Below, in pieces: positions 46,113 to 55,800 of a stretch of 64,000 bases of DNA. Both the position numbers and the translations under genes were made by a program. The stretch is from IMG/VR virus record IMGVR_UViG_3300010352_001127; one strand, written 5' to 3'. The stretch is from a virus. Lineage: Duplodnaviria > Heunggongvirae > Uroviricota > Caudoviricetes. Within the stretch, counting starts at the first letter, position 1. Each line of letters opens with the position of its first letter. The notes beneath the pieces are model-generated. The model had not been told where the DNA came from, ran no database searches, and saw only the letters and a program-made list of their open reading frames with translations.

Positions 46113-46712
46113 ATGAAAATGATAAGATTTTCTGACTACATAAAAGAAGCAGCAAACATAAAAAGCAACGACGGGATACTTGTTATAGTTGATGTTCAAA
46201 AACAATTTGATAAGTTTACTCCACAGAATTTTGAAGGAAATATTTCAAAATATTGCAAAGAATTTCCAAAAGATGATAACTCGGGCAAAGGAGTCTATCA
46301 AATATGGGACGCTAACAAAGCTCAAAATTTTAGTTACAACTTCCCAAACACTTTACAAGTTATTAAAAAAAATTATGGAACTAAATTTGATAATAGAATA
46401 AGGAAAATAGCAGAAAATTTATCCAAAAAATATCCAAATGCTAAAGAAGGACAACAATTCAAATTAAAAGATAGCAATTCATTTTTGGTTAGAGTTAACA
46501 ACAATCACAAATGGTTTTATGTCAACGAAGATTTATATAATCTTTATTTGAAATTAAAAGGAAAAACTATTATATTGGTTGGTGGAGCCTCGGAAGAATG
46601 TCTCTCAGATTTATATGTCTCCATGAAATCCTTCGGGATTAATCCAATCTACAACCACGATTATATTTATAGTGCTCAAACCAACGATAATCAGGTAGCT
46701 GCCCCCAAATAA
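46113..46712 (+). CDS. Hypothetical protein
   Basis: ORF preceded by TTAATATATAAAAC at 46096-46109. Confidence 0.4.
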   Translation: MKMIRFSDYIKEAANIKSNDGILVIVDVQKQFDKFTPQNFEGNISKYCKEFPKDDNSGKGVYQIWDANKAQNFSYNFPNTLQVIKKNYGTKFDNRIRKIAENLSKKYPNAKEGQQFKLKDSNSFLVRVNNNHKWFYVNEDLYNLYLKLKGKTIILVGGASEECLSDLYVSMKSFGINPIYNHDYIYSAQTNDNQVAAPK

Positions 46713-47581
46713 TCTTCATAATTTCTATTATATTTCTTAGAATTAATACGTCTCTTTGTTAAACACAAATTTTTAATGTCTGCTATATCTTCAGCATTAA
46801 TTTTATTTTTAAATCCCTCAAAAATTGTTATTTTATGATCGATCGTTGGATAATTCCCATCGTGATATGGTAAACTAAAATTATCTCTTATATATTCACC
46901 GTCATAATAATCTAATCCGTTCCAATTTTCTAATAATTTATTTTTGACTTTTTTTGTCAACGAATAAACTTTACTTTTATATAAATCGAACTCGTTTGTT
47001 AAAATATTATATCCCATTTTTTTGTGATATTCAAGTCTTTTCTCCGCCATTTCTTTCGACATTTGCGGATGTGGAACACCATAATTTTTCATACTAGTTT
47101 CTTCACTTTTTCCTTTAAAATCTTTATTTAACACATAATATTCAACACCATGTTTCTCCAACATCGTTTTCTTTCTCTTCTTTTTAATATTTTCACATTT
47201 AGAAGGATTATCCACTCCATAGTTTTTGATATTAGTTTCTTTGACTCTTTTTTTAGATTCTTCTGTTTTAGAATAATATTCCACTCCAAATTTATTCAAA
47301 GAGGTCAATTTAGCTTTCATTCTACCACATTTTGATCCACAAACATAAATGTTGTGTTTATTGAAACTTTTTAGGTAGTGTCTATACATCAAATCTTTTT
47401 CTTTTCCACAGACATCACATTTAACTTTAACTATACTATGACTTCCTTTGTTTAAATGCTCTACCGGAACTATCAATTTTTCTCCCTTTTTTAGATTTGA
47501 ATATCCAAGTGATATAAAATGTTTAAAATTGGCTGAATTTAAAGTCACCTCAGCTTCTTTACTTATTATCATTTTTATCAT
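46691..47581 (-). CDS. Homing-endonuclease-like paralog (Zn-ribbon + KYGVE/NYGV repeats; no Vsr-like domain)
   Basis: VKVKCDVCGKEKD…CGSKCG; repeats LNKFGVEYYSKTEESKKRVKETN / IKNYGVDNPSKCENIKKKRKKTM / LEKHGVEYY… / MKNYGVPHPQMSKEM. Confidence 0.45.
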   Translation of the reverse strand: MIKMIISKEAEVTLNSANFKHFISLGYSNLKKGEKLIVPVEHLNKGSHSIVKVKCDVCGKEKDLMYRHYLKSFNKHNIYVCGSKCGRMKAKLTSLNKFGVEYYSKTEESKKRVKETNIKNYGVDNPSKCENIKKKRKKTMLEKHGVEYYVLNKDFKGKSEETSMKNYGVPHPQMSKEMAEKRLEYHKKMGYNILTNEFDLYKSKVYSLTKKVKNKLLENWNGLDYYDGEYIRDNFSLPYHDGNYPTIDHKITIFEGFKNKINAEDIADIKNLCLTKRRINSKKYNRNYEDYLGAAT

Positions 47582-47702
47582 TTTTATTTTTTAAAAATTC
47601 TTTTATCAATATTTCTGTTAATTTATTAATTTGATATCCATTTTCTTTACAAAAGATTTTGAATTCTTCGTGGGTTTCATTTTCAATGTGTAGAGTTTTC
47701 AT
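47559..47702 (-). CDS. Ribbon-helix-helix-like small protein (47 aa), not in the ORF track; overlaps the start of 46691..47581
   Basis: MKTLHIENETHEEFKIFCKENGYQINKLTEILIKEFLKNKNDKNDNK; same beta-helix-helix layout and length as 42782..42925. Confidence 0.4.
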   Translation of the reverse strand: MKTLHIENETHEEFKIFCKENGYQINKLTEILIKEFLKNKNDKNDNK

Positions 47703-47765
47703 ATGACGATATTTTATTATTATATATTAAAATAAAAAGTCAAAAAATACCAATTTTGATAGCAT

Positions 47766-47797
47766 AAAAAAGGGAACCAAAATTTGGTTCCCTTTTT
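47766..47797 (-). terminator. Symmetric rho-independent terminator AAAAAGGGAACCAAAATTTGGTTCCCTTTTT (bidirectional in form), downstream of the SPFH gene
   Basis: 9-bp stem GGGAACCAA/TTGGTTCCC with a 3-nt loop, flanked by A5 and T5. Confidence 0.65.
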
Positions 47798-47816
47798 AAT
47801 TGAGGACTTCTAATTA

Positions 47817-48452
47817 TTACTGGATTGGCATCATCATTGTCATGTTTGTTCCCTGCCCCATCATATAATTTGGAAGCTGTCCATCCCATTTATTAATCCA
47901 TTCGAGAGTAATAATCTTTGGATTTTTATTAATAGCATCTCCCTTGATCTGAAGAGCTTTAGCTTCACCTTCGGCTGTCTGAATGACAATTTCCTTATCA
48001 ATCTTAGCCTGAATTAGGAGTTCCGACTTTTGTTTGGTCACTTCAATAAGAGTGAGAGCTTTCTGTTCCTGAACCTTTTTATTCTTGATTTCCTCTTCGT
48101 ATTTTGGATCGTAATAAACTTCACGAATGTCTATCTGTTCAAGAATGATACGCCAAGATGCCAATTCTTGCTTCATTTTGGCAAGAACCTTATCCTGAAT
48201 TTCCTTACGTTTCATAGAATAAGTTTGAATAGGAGTATACTCAGAAACAGTCAAAGCGAGACAAGATTTCAGTTTAGCTCTAATAACATTCTCTTCCAAC
48301 CAAAGATAACGACTCGATTCATTTCCATCTTGGGGAGTTACGTTCTGATAAATCCAGGGAGCTTGATTAGCATCGATCTTCCATGATGCAGAAATGTCAA
48401 ATCCCATTTTAATACCTTCTGATGTTGGAGCCCAAATAGCATCGTCATTCAT
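47817..48452 (-). CDS. SPFH/band-7 (prohibitin/HflC-like) domain protein without a TM anchor
   Basis: C-terminal …QTAEGEAKALQIKGDAINKNPKIITLEWINKWDG… typical of the SPFH C-terminal helical region; ATGA overlap with 48449... Confidence 0.5.
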   Translation of the reverse strand: MNDDAIWAPTSEGIKMGFDISASWKIDANQAPWIYQNVTPQDGNESSRYLWLEENVIRAKLKSCLALTVSEYTPIQTYSMKRKEIQDKVLAKMKQELASWRIILEQIDIREVYYDPKYEEEIKNKKVQEQKALTLIEVTKQKSELLIQAKIDKEIVIQTAEGEAKALQIKGDAINKNPKIITLEWINKWDGQLPNYMMGQGTNMTMMMPIQ

Positions 48453-49489
48453 TGTGAATAAATTTTGTCATAAAATCTTGTTATAATATCAATCAATTTT
48501 TTAATTTTTCCTTCTTTTCTTAATTTCTTAAAAACAAGATTTTCTATTGAAAATTCTCCTTCCTCGGTAAGACCTTCTTTTCTAGATTTCATTATTTTAG
48601 CTTTCAAATCTCTAGATCCATTATAATATTCATCGCTTTCCTCGGGAGTGAGATTCATTTTGGATAATTTTTCAAATTTATTTATGTCATAAACTCTAGC
48701 TTCATATTTAATATTAACATCTTTGGTATCTACATCAGGTGGATTATAAACGGGTTTGATTATCCATTTATCATTCATCAATGAATATAAACCAGATGCG
48801 CAATGCTCTTCTTTTTCATCTTGTATATAAAGCTCAACATCGTGACCTTTTATAGTTATATTGTGTCTTAAATTCCATATAAATCTTTGACCATCAATAG
48901 CCTTTTTAACAAGCTCGGTATCTTCATTAACATCAGAGTAATCTATAACTACATGAACATCTATGTCAGATTCATCATTATAATTATAATTAGCCATCGA
49001 CCCTGTTAAATAAATATCTTTTATCTCTGTTTCTAATTCAACATCATTGTAGAAATCTTTGGCTATTTTTATTAATTTGATTTTGATTCTTTCAATTATA
49101 ACTCCACTTTCCCAAATGTCAGGACATAAAGTTTTTTTATATGGTATGCGTCTTTCTAGAACTTGGTCGTTTTTTCTTTTACACATTAAATCTATGGTTC
49201 TATAATTACGGGTATTGCCATTATCGAATCTAACATCCCATTCAAATGCTTCGGGCCATGTTCTCTTTTTTGGTTTATTTAAGATAAATCCAGCTCTTCC
49301 GACTAATCCAGCGTTTATTCCACCTCTATTAGCATAAAAACCTTCCGGTCTTAATCTTATCTCTTCACCTTGTTGAAATTTATAATCGTCAGGAGCATTT
49401 ATCCAAATATTATCGTAATCCCATTCTTCTTCACCGTAAGGATCGATTTCTGATGTGTTTTCTTTTATGAATTTACCGTATTTCAACAT
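48449..49489 (-). CDS. Pol-beta-superfamily nucleotidyltransferase-domain protein with an N-terminal DPYGEEEW motif
   Basis: LTGSMANYNYNDESDIDVHVVID matches GS…(9-13)…DxD…h; N-terminal …EIDPYGEEEWDYDNIW (49421-49444). Confidence 0.5.
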   Translation of the reverse strand: MLKYGKFIKENTSEIDPYGEEEWDYDNIWINAPDDYKFQQGEEIRLRPEGFYANRGGINAGLVGRAGFILNKPKKRTWPEAFEWDVRFDNGNTRNYRTIDLMCKRKNDQVLERRIPYKKTLCPDIWESGVIIERIKIKLIKIAKDFYNDVELETEIKDIYLTGSMANYNYNDESDIDVHVVIDYSDVNEDTELVKKAIDGQRFIWNLRHNITIKGHDVELYIQDEKEEHCASGLYSLMNDKWIIKPVYNPPDVDTKDVNIKYEARVYDINKFEKLSKMNLTPEESDEYYNGSRDLKAKIMKSRKEGLTEEGEFSIENLVFKKLRKEGKIKKLIDIITRFYDKIYSQ

Positions 49490-49545
49490 GAGTCTATATA
49501 TAAAAAACAGATATTAAAAAAAATAAAAACCAATTTGATTTTATT

Positions 49546-49559
49546 CTATATATAAAAGA
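49546..49559 (+). promoter_or_regulatory. Promoter-like box TCTATATATAAAAG upstream of the AAA+ gene; the divergent partner box GTCTATATATAAAAAA at 49494-49509 serves 48449..49489
   Basis: Motif family members in a divergent intergenic region. Confidence 0.45.
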
Positions 49560-49578
49560 AAAAGAAAATTCATAATCT

Positions 49579-50853
49579 ATGACAAGAAACAATGATATCA
49601 TTTCAACTCTTAAAACTATAGTAGATAAAAGCTATTTTAGAGATATGACTTCAGCTCTGCGATCTAATGGAAAAAGTAAGGCTGTAGAAGATTTTAATAT
49701 TTTAGAAGCCTATCAAACATACTTCGATGAAACTCCAAGTCTATTAAAAATAACTCACGACGATTGTGATATTTTTTTATACGAAAAATTAAAAGCTCAA
49801 ATAAAGAAGGAATTTAAAAATTCGAAAGTTCTTTTTAACGATACTGAATATAATTTAAAAAGAGATAAGTATATTCCAAATCGTGAAGTCTGGTATTTGG
49901 ATGAAGGTTATTTATTAAATATATGGACAAGTGAATCTTTAAATATTTACGCCGAACCCGAGATTGATATTCGTATGAGTAAACACGATCAACTCGTCGA
50001 AGGAAATACACTTTTAGTGCCACCGAAGGAATCAGCAAAAGAAAATAAAGAAATAGAAAAGAAAATTATTGATACCTTTAAAAACACTACTATCAAAGAA
50101 TATGAAAGAAACACAATCGGTATGATGAGTGTAGATGGTGGTGGTGAGCTCTTCGTTAAAGAATTTACATTGGATAAAAAATTTAAGATTCAAGATTTGG
50201 ATGTTCATTATGGTGAAGGATTCAAAGAATTTGATGCAGCTCTTCAAAAGAAATTAAGAAGCGATACAAAGGGTCTTATTCTTCTTCATGGAGAGCCAGG
50301 TGTTGGCAAAACTTATTATATAAGATATTTACTTCAAAAATTATCCAAAACGAAAAAGAAGGTTTTATACTTCCCGCCAAGCATGGTTGAATCTGTAACA
50401 GATCCGGCCTTCTTTAATTTTATTACAAATTGGACAATGGATAATGGAAAAAATTCTGTTTTATTAATTGAAGATGCCGAGCCTCTTCTCGTGTCAAGAG
50501 ATTCTGGTAGAAACATGGGCATTACGAATCTTTTAAATCTAACAGATGGTATATTAAATGACATACTATCCATACAAATCATAGCCACTTTCAATACAAA
50601 ATTCGAAGAATTGGACGGAGCTTTACTTCGCCCGGAAAGACTTATAGCAAGAAAAGAATTTAAAAAATTGAGCATAGAAAATTCTAAAAAATTAGTAGAA
50701 TTATTGAAAATGGATCCATCAAAAGTCACAAAAGAAATGTCATTAGCTGAAATTTATTCCATAAAAAATGACAATGGAATTCTTTTACATGGAGTAGATA
50801 AATCAAATCCTAATGGAGAGAGAAAGAAAATAGGTTTCACAAATAAAGAATAA
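49579..50853 (+). CDS. AAA+ ATPase
   Basis: Walker A LLHGEPGVGKTY, Walker B SVLLIEDAEPLL, then an arginine-finger region; 424 aa. Confidence 0.6.
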   Translation: MTRNNDIISTLKTIVDKSYFRDMTSALRSNGKSKAVEDFNILEAYQTYFDETPSLLKITHDDCDIFLYEKLKAQIKKEFKNSKVLFNDTEYNLKRDKYIPNREVWYLDEGYLLNIWTSESLNIYAEPEIDIRMSKHDQLVEGNTLLVPPKESAKENKEIEKKIIDTFKNTTIKEYERNTIGMMSVDGGGELFVKEFTLDKKFKIQDLDVHYGEGFKEFDAALQKKLRSDTKGLILLHGEPGVGKTYYIRYLLQKLSKTKKKVLYFPPSMVESVTDPAFFNFITNWTMDNGKNSVLLIEDAEPLLVSRDSGRNMGITNLLNLTDGILNDILSIQIIATFNTKFEELDGALLRPERLIARKEFKKLSIENSKKLVELLKMDPSKVTKEMSLAEIYSIKNDNGILLHGVDKSNPNGERKKIGFTNKE

Positions 50854-50939
50854 ACTGACAAAATGACATAATTTTTCATTTATTTTTCAACGGCATAAAA
50901 TTTGATAATTAACTGAAAAAATAATAAAAGGAGGTTAAT

Positions 50940-51413
50940 ATGAAATATGCGTTAAAAAAGTACAAAGAACCATTTAATTCAATTTTCGACAATTTTGGAG
51001 AAGATATAGGAAGATTTGGAGAAGATATAGGAAAAATACTTGAAGATTTTCGCCCCTTTGAGTATCCATATTACAAAACAGTAAAAAATGTCGGTTATGT
51101 TAATATGGAATCCACTGATAAAGAATATAAAATCGAAATTGCTGCTCCTGGTTTTTCTAAAGAAGAATTGAGCGTTAGTCTTGAAGATGGTGTTATGACT
51201 ATAAAGGGAGAACGCGCCAATGAAACAAAAGAAGAAAAGAAAAATTATACAAGACGTGAATTCTCGAAAAGTTCGTTTAAGAGATCTTTCAGTATTCCTG
51301 ATGACGCTTCAGATGATATCAAAGCTCAATTTGAAAATGGAATCCTATTAGTTTCTCTAAATAAAAAGGCTCTTCCTCCAAAAGAAGAACCAAAGAAAAT
51401 TGATATTAAATAA
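50940..51413 (+). CDS. Small heat-shock protein (Hsp20/alpha-crystallin domain)
   Basis: KEYKIEIAAPGFSKEELSVSLEDGVMTIKGER…FSRSFSIPDD…ENGILLVSL; strong SD AAAGGAGGT 7 nt upstream; no TATATA box. Confidence 0.8.
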   Translation: MKYALKKYKEPFNSIFDNFGEDIGRFGEDIGKILEDFRPFEYPYYKTVKNVGYVNMESTDKEYKIEIAAPGFSKEELSVSLEDGVMTIKGERANETKEEKKNYTRREFSKSSFKRSFSIPDDASDDIKAQFENGILLVSLNKKALPPKEEPKKIDIK

Positions 51414-51414
51414 A

Positions 51415-51445
51415 AAAGGGGAGTTAAACTCCCCTTTTTTTATTA
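51415..51445 (+). terminator. Rho-independent terminator AAAAAGGGGAGTTaaACTCCCCTTTTTTT after hsp20
   Basis: 8-bp GC-rich stem plus T7. Confidence 0.75.
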
Positions 51446-51483
51446 GAAAAACAACTACATCTTTGGTGTTGATTGAGTCTGAG

Positions 51484-51600
51484 TCATTGGAATTGAATAT
51501 ATGCTCCAGCTCCCAAAACAATTGGAACAGCGGCTGTAAGAAGAGATTTCCTACTTATTTCTTCATTAACAAATTCGTCGTATTTTGAAAGATTATCCAT
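51484..51600 (-). CDS. Possible 38-aa membrane peptide (MDNLSKYDEFVNEEISRKSLLTAAVPIVLGAGAYIQFQ), TAATG-coupled to 51600..52631
   Basis: ATG shares one nt with the upstream stop; one TM-like segment. Not in the ORF track. Confidence 0.25.
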   Translation of the reverse strand: MDNLSKYDEFVNEEISRKSLLTAAVPIVLGAGAYIQFQ

Positions 51601-52631
51601 TAGAATCCTCCTATTTCTTCTTTAAATTTAGCTGGATCTTTTCCTTGGGCTGTTGCTATAGCATCTCTTACTTTAGCTAAAGCATCTTTATCTGGAAGAT
51701 TTACTATATTTCTTAAAAGTTTGGATAAATTTTGTGTGTTTGTAGTAGCTTTTGTGTTTTTTGCTACAGCGTCAAATGGATCTGCTCCACCTGCTCCTGC
51801 TGCTGGCGGTTTAACTTCTTTCAATTTCTTCAACGAATAACCATATAGATTGTTTGTCATCCATTCATTTCCACTTTGCTTTAGTTTATTAACATCTCCT
51901 TGTGGAGCTCCACCTTGATTTGTCGTGGTTGGATCGGCCGTTGTAGTTTTAGTTGTGTCTGTTTTTGGAGGATTTGGAGTATTCGGTTGAGCGGGATTAC
52001 GATTTGGCTCGTTCGCAGCCAGTTGTTCAAAAAGTTTACTAGAAAATTTTTGAGTGTAATTATCAAAAGTTGCCGCTGTTGTTGGAGCGGTTTCAACTTT
52101 ACTCACATCAACATTGGCTTTCAAATATTTGTCTAATTCATCGTTTTTATAAGCCTGTGTTTGTTTATTTATTTCCATTATTTTCGCATTTACAGCGTTT
52201 AAAGCGTTCTTTGTGAAATCTTCGGCTTTATCAAAATTAAACATTTGCTCTTCGGGTTGCCCCTTGAATATAGTTTTTGCCATTAAAGCTGGTGTTTGAT
52301 ATTTATTAGACATTTCCTGCAATTCAACAAAAACAACAGACGCGTTGTCGTGAAGAACTTTTCTAAGACCTAGTGGTCCTGTTACTCCCTGCATCTGTTG
52401 AGCGGCTATAGCTTGTCTATCCTTTGTGGATTGCTCGAATATTCTAACAGAATCGTTCCAATCTTTTGAAGCATCCAACTTTTTTGTAAAATTTGCTACA
52501 GCGTCAGCTAATTTTTTATCAATTTTTCCAAATAATTTGCTAAATAAATTTTTAACAGCACCCCATAATAATTCTTCATTCAAAGCGTCTTTGAATTCTT
52601 CAAAATGTCTAATATTTTTTAATTCTTCCAT
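51600..52631 (-). CDS. Hypothetical protein with a Pro/Thr/Asn-rich low-complexity linker
   Basis: ORF; the linker reads NEPNRNPAQPNTPNPPKTDTTKTTTADPTTTNQ. Confidence 0.4.
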   Translation of the reverse strand: MEELKNIRHFEEFKDALNEELLWGAVKNLFSKLFGKIDKKLADAVANFTKKLDASKDWNDSVRIFEQSTKDRQAIAAQQMQGVTGPLGLRKVLHDNASVVFVELQEMSNKYQTPALMAKTIFKGQPEEQMFNFDKAEDFTKNALNAVNAKIMEINKQTQAYKNDELDKYLKANVDVSKVETAPTTAATFDNYTQKFSSKLFEQLAANEPNRNPAQPNTPNPPKTDTTKTTTADPTTTNQGGAPQGDVNKLKQSGNEWMTNNLYGYSLKKLKEVKPPAAGAGGADPFDAVAKNTKATTNTQNLSKLLRNIVNLPDKDALAKVRDAIATAQGKDPAKFKEEIGGF

Positions 52632-52641
52632 ATCTTTTTAA

Positions 52642-52776
52642 TTATTTTTCTTTTGCTTCTTCTTCATCTTTTTCGAGTTTTTCTTTCTCCTCTTTAGATT
52701 TGGTTTTCTTAGTTTTTTTATATATTACTTTGCCTTTTGAATAGGTAAATCCTTCAAACGTTTTTAAGTGTTTCAT
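52642..52776 (-). CDS. Possible 44-aa Lys/Glu-rich protein (MKHLKTFEGFTYSKGKVIYKK…), not in the ORF track
   Basis: Promoter-like box ACTATATATTAATT at about 52800-52814, 24 nt upstream. Stop lies 10 nt before the next ATG. Confidence 0.3.
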   Translation of the reverse strand: MKHLKTFEGFTYSKGKVIYKKTKKTKSKEEKEKLEKDEEEAKEK

Positions 52777-52886
52777 GACATTTAATTTTTTTTCTTGTAA
52801 CTATATATTAATTTAATTTTATCGATTTTTTTGTTGAAAAGAGGTCTCCATTTTTAATATATACAAATAAAAAGAAATTAAAAGAG

Positions 52887-55800
52887 ATGGAATCTGTAAA
52901 TTCGTTCATAACTCTAGCGGAGAAAATAACAAGGTTAAACGCTAATTGCGTTGAAATTTTAACAAAAACAAATGATTTAGTATCCAGTGAAAGCGATTCT
53001 GTTAAAATAGCTTATGATAATAATGGGGCTGTTAACACTTATTCACAACCAACTGTGGGATACTTAAAAAATCAAATAGACATTCTTAATCAGAATATGA
53101 AAAGAATGGCTTCTATTGAAGGATATACATATATAAGAGATGGTCAATCGTATAAGAGAATAATGACTTCCGACTTAAATAAAGAGCCAGCCCCTATCTC
53201 TGGCGTGGCTCAAGTCACTACATTCACCCCAATAAATAATCACTTTTTTGAGTCTCTTATGAATCCAATGTTGGCTGTTACTATAGATCTAACAGACAAA
53301 GTTGAGGAGGCTGTAAGAAAAATATTATCACGTAGATATATAGTAAGATTTGAAAAAAATGCTGATGGGAGTTTAACAGAAGCAGGATTAAGATCATTCA
53401 ACAGTTTCGCATCCACCTTTTTAAATAGAAGCGACATAAACATTACAGATTTCTTAGCTTGGTATAATAATCCAACAAATGACGGATTGGTTGTTGACAC
53501 TGTTGAACCTTATGACGAGCAAATATACGATCTTAAATTAAAGGAATTGAATTATTATGGAGTCTTTTCTGTTATTAAAGTTGAAATAGATGATATTAAT
53601 AATAAAATGTGGTATCACGTTAATGACATAAAATATTATGGAAAAGACGGTACAATAAAATCATTAGTCATTGGAGATGAATTAATTGTAAACAAATTAA
53701 ATGCAGGAACAAGGTATAGAGTAGTGGAAGTAAATACAGACTCTTCAAATACTAAAATAAGATTAGAAAATATAGAAGGATACGATCCAGTGGTTGTTGG
53801 TACTAATGTTTTAAAATATTATAGTGATATATCCAATCAGAAAAGTGTACAAATTGATATAGGTTTTGATGAATATATTGTTCAATTTGTTAAACCAATT
53901 AATACGGATGACAATATTATGGGAAGCCTTTGGAGTAATGGTATAAGTTTTTATACAAATGATTTGTTATTAGATACAAATAATAATATCAATTTATCTA
54001 ATTATTATATTCAAGCTGTTTATGATTATGGAACATGGCTTAGAGATAAACTCACTAAAAGCATGCCAACTGTTTACGGCACAACTCCTAATATTCCTGT
54101 TTTAGATGCCGATAATTTTAAAGTTGTTCAAATAAATAAACATTTGACAGATGATACAGATCAAGACACTTTGAAAAAATTACATTCTGACAAGTCTTCT
54201 GTTAAAACTAAGATATCTCAATTAAACTCTTCCATTGTTCAAAAAACTTCAAAATTAAATGCAGGCGGATTAACGACCAATGAAAAACAAACATACTTAA
54301 GTGAAATTAATAAATTGAAGACAGATTTGAGTGTTTCATCCAGTAATCTTTCTTCTTTATTAACTCAAATAAACGATCTTAATGTTGGAACTACTTCATC
54401 TACTGTATCTCCTAAATATAGAGTAAGAGGATTTTGGCGTATGCCCGAACCAATCATATCTGATAAAACATCACCACAACACGTTGTTCAATTTAGAATT
54501 CAATATAGATATAGCTCAAAGAGTGGCAATTCAAATAATATTCAAACTTTCAATTATGCGAAAGTTCAATCAACTTCAACTGTTTCTGTGACGCCAACAT
54601 CAACTTCAACAAATACAAATCTAAGTTCTAAAATTAGTGGTTCGGCTGCGGTCGCCGCGACTTCGACTGAAAATGTAGGCAAAACTGTTCCTGTTGCATC
54701 AACACAAGTTTCTACAACAACAGAAAATCCAGACAACGGACCTCAATATGCTAACTTCTCTAACTGGGTTGAAATTCTATCAGATGTTCGTAAACGTTAT
54801 TATGATGAAACCACTAAACAATGGTATTGGAAAATTGAAGACGTGTCTGATGCGGAAACTCCAAATATCAATCAATTAGATATCCCAATATCTGCAAATG
54901 AAAAAGTAGAAATCAGAGTTAAATCCATATCAGAAGTTGGATGGCCTGATTCTTTGATAGAATCAGACTGGAGTAATGTCTTAGCAGTAGATTTTCCAGA
55001 TGACTTAAAAGATGTTCTAAACGACAATCAATTCATTTTGGCGGAAGCTTCTCAAGATTCAACGACAGTAGCTTTGGAAACCACTTTAAGTAGTAAGGGT
55101 GTTGATAAACATGTCGCAGATAGTTATAATGTGAATCAAGATTATGTCGCTCATAAAGACACTAGTATAGCGGTAAGTATTAAATCAGATAATAGTCAAA
55201 ATATGAATTTATTCCAATATTTAACATATTTAACTAATAGAGTAGCTGCATTAGAGCAACAAATTGCTGGAACTCGTGGTACGCTTAACATCACACTTTA
55301 CAAAAAATCCACACTTCTTAAAAATATTACAAATAATACTACAACTAATATAAATATTGAGTGTGAAGATTATGGTACACAGTTAACTGGAACTGGTAGA
55401 ACTTATGTAAATTCCGTCTATGTTGTAGATGATTATGTAGTTTCTTTTGAAAATACAAATCAAAGCGGAAATCTCGGATTCTTATCAGCCAGATCGTATA
55501 CTAGTGGTGGAACAAATGCTTTCTATACAGATAACTTACATAAGATTTTGTTGGTTGATTACAATAGTAATTTATACACACAAAAAGATAATCAATTTAT
55601 ATGGTTTGCCGACAGGGATAGTAACGATTGGTTATCTAGTGGAGCAACAAATTTAAATCAAATTCAATATTATTTATCACATTCAACTTATAATATAGGA
55701 ACTTCCGGCTCATCTTCAACTGCGTTATATAATGTAAATAATTTATTCGTTGGTGGAGCGCCTCAAGTAAACGATCTTTTGTGTGCGGTATTTCCATATC

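Noticed and set aside
51400-51588. 62-aa plus-strand ORF after hsp20
   Set aside because: It starts inside the hsp20 terminator hairpin, has no promoter or SD, and is antisense to a better-supported small minus-strand ORF.
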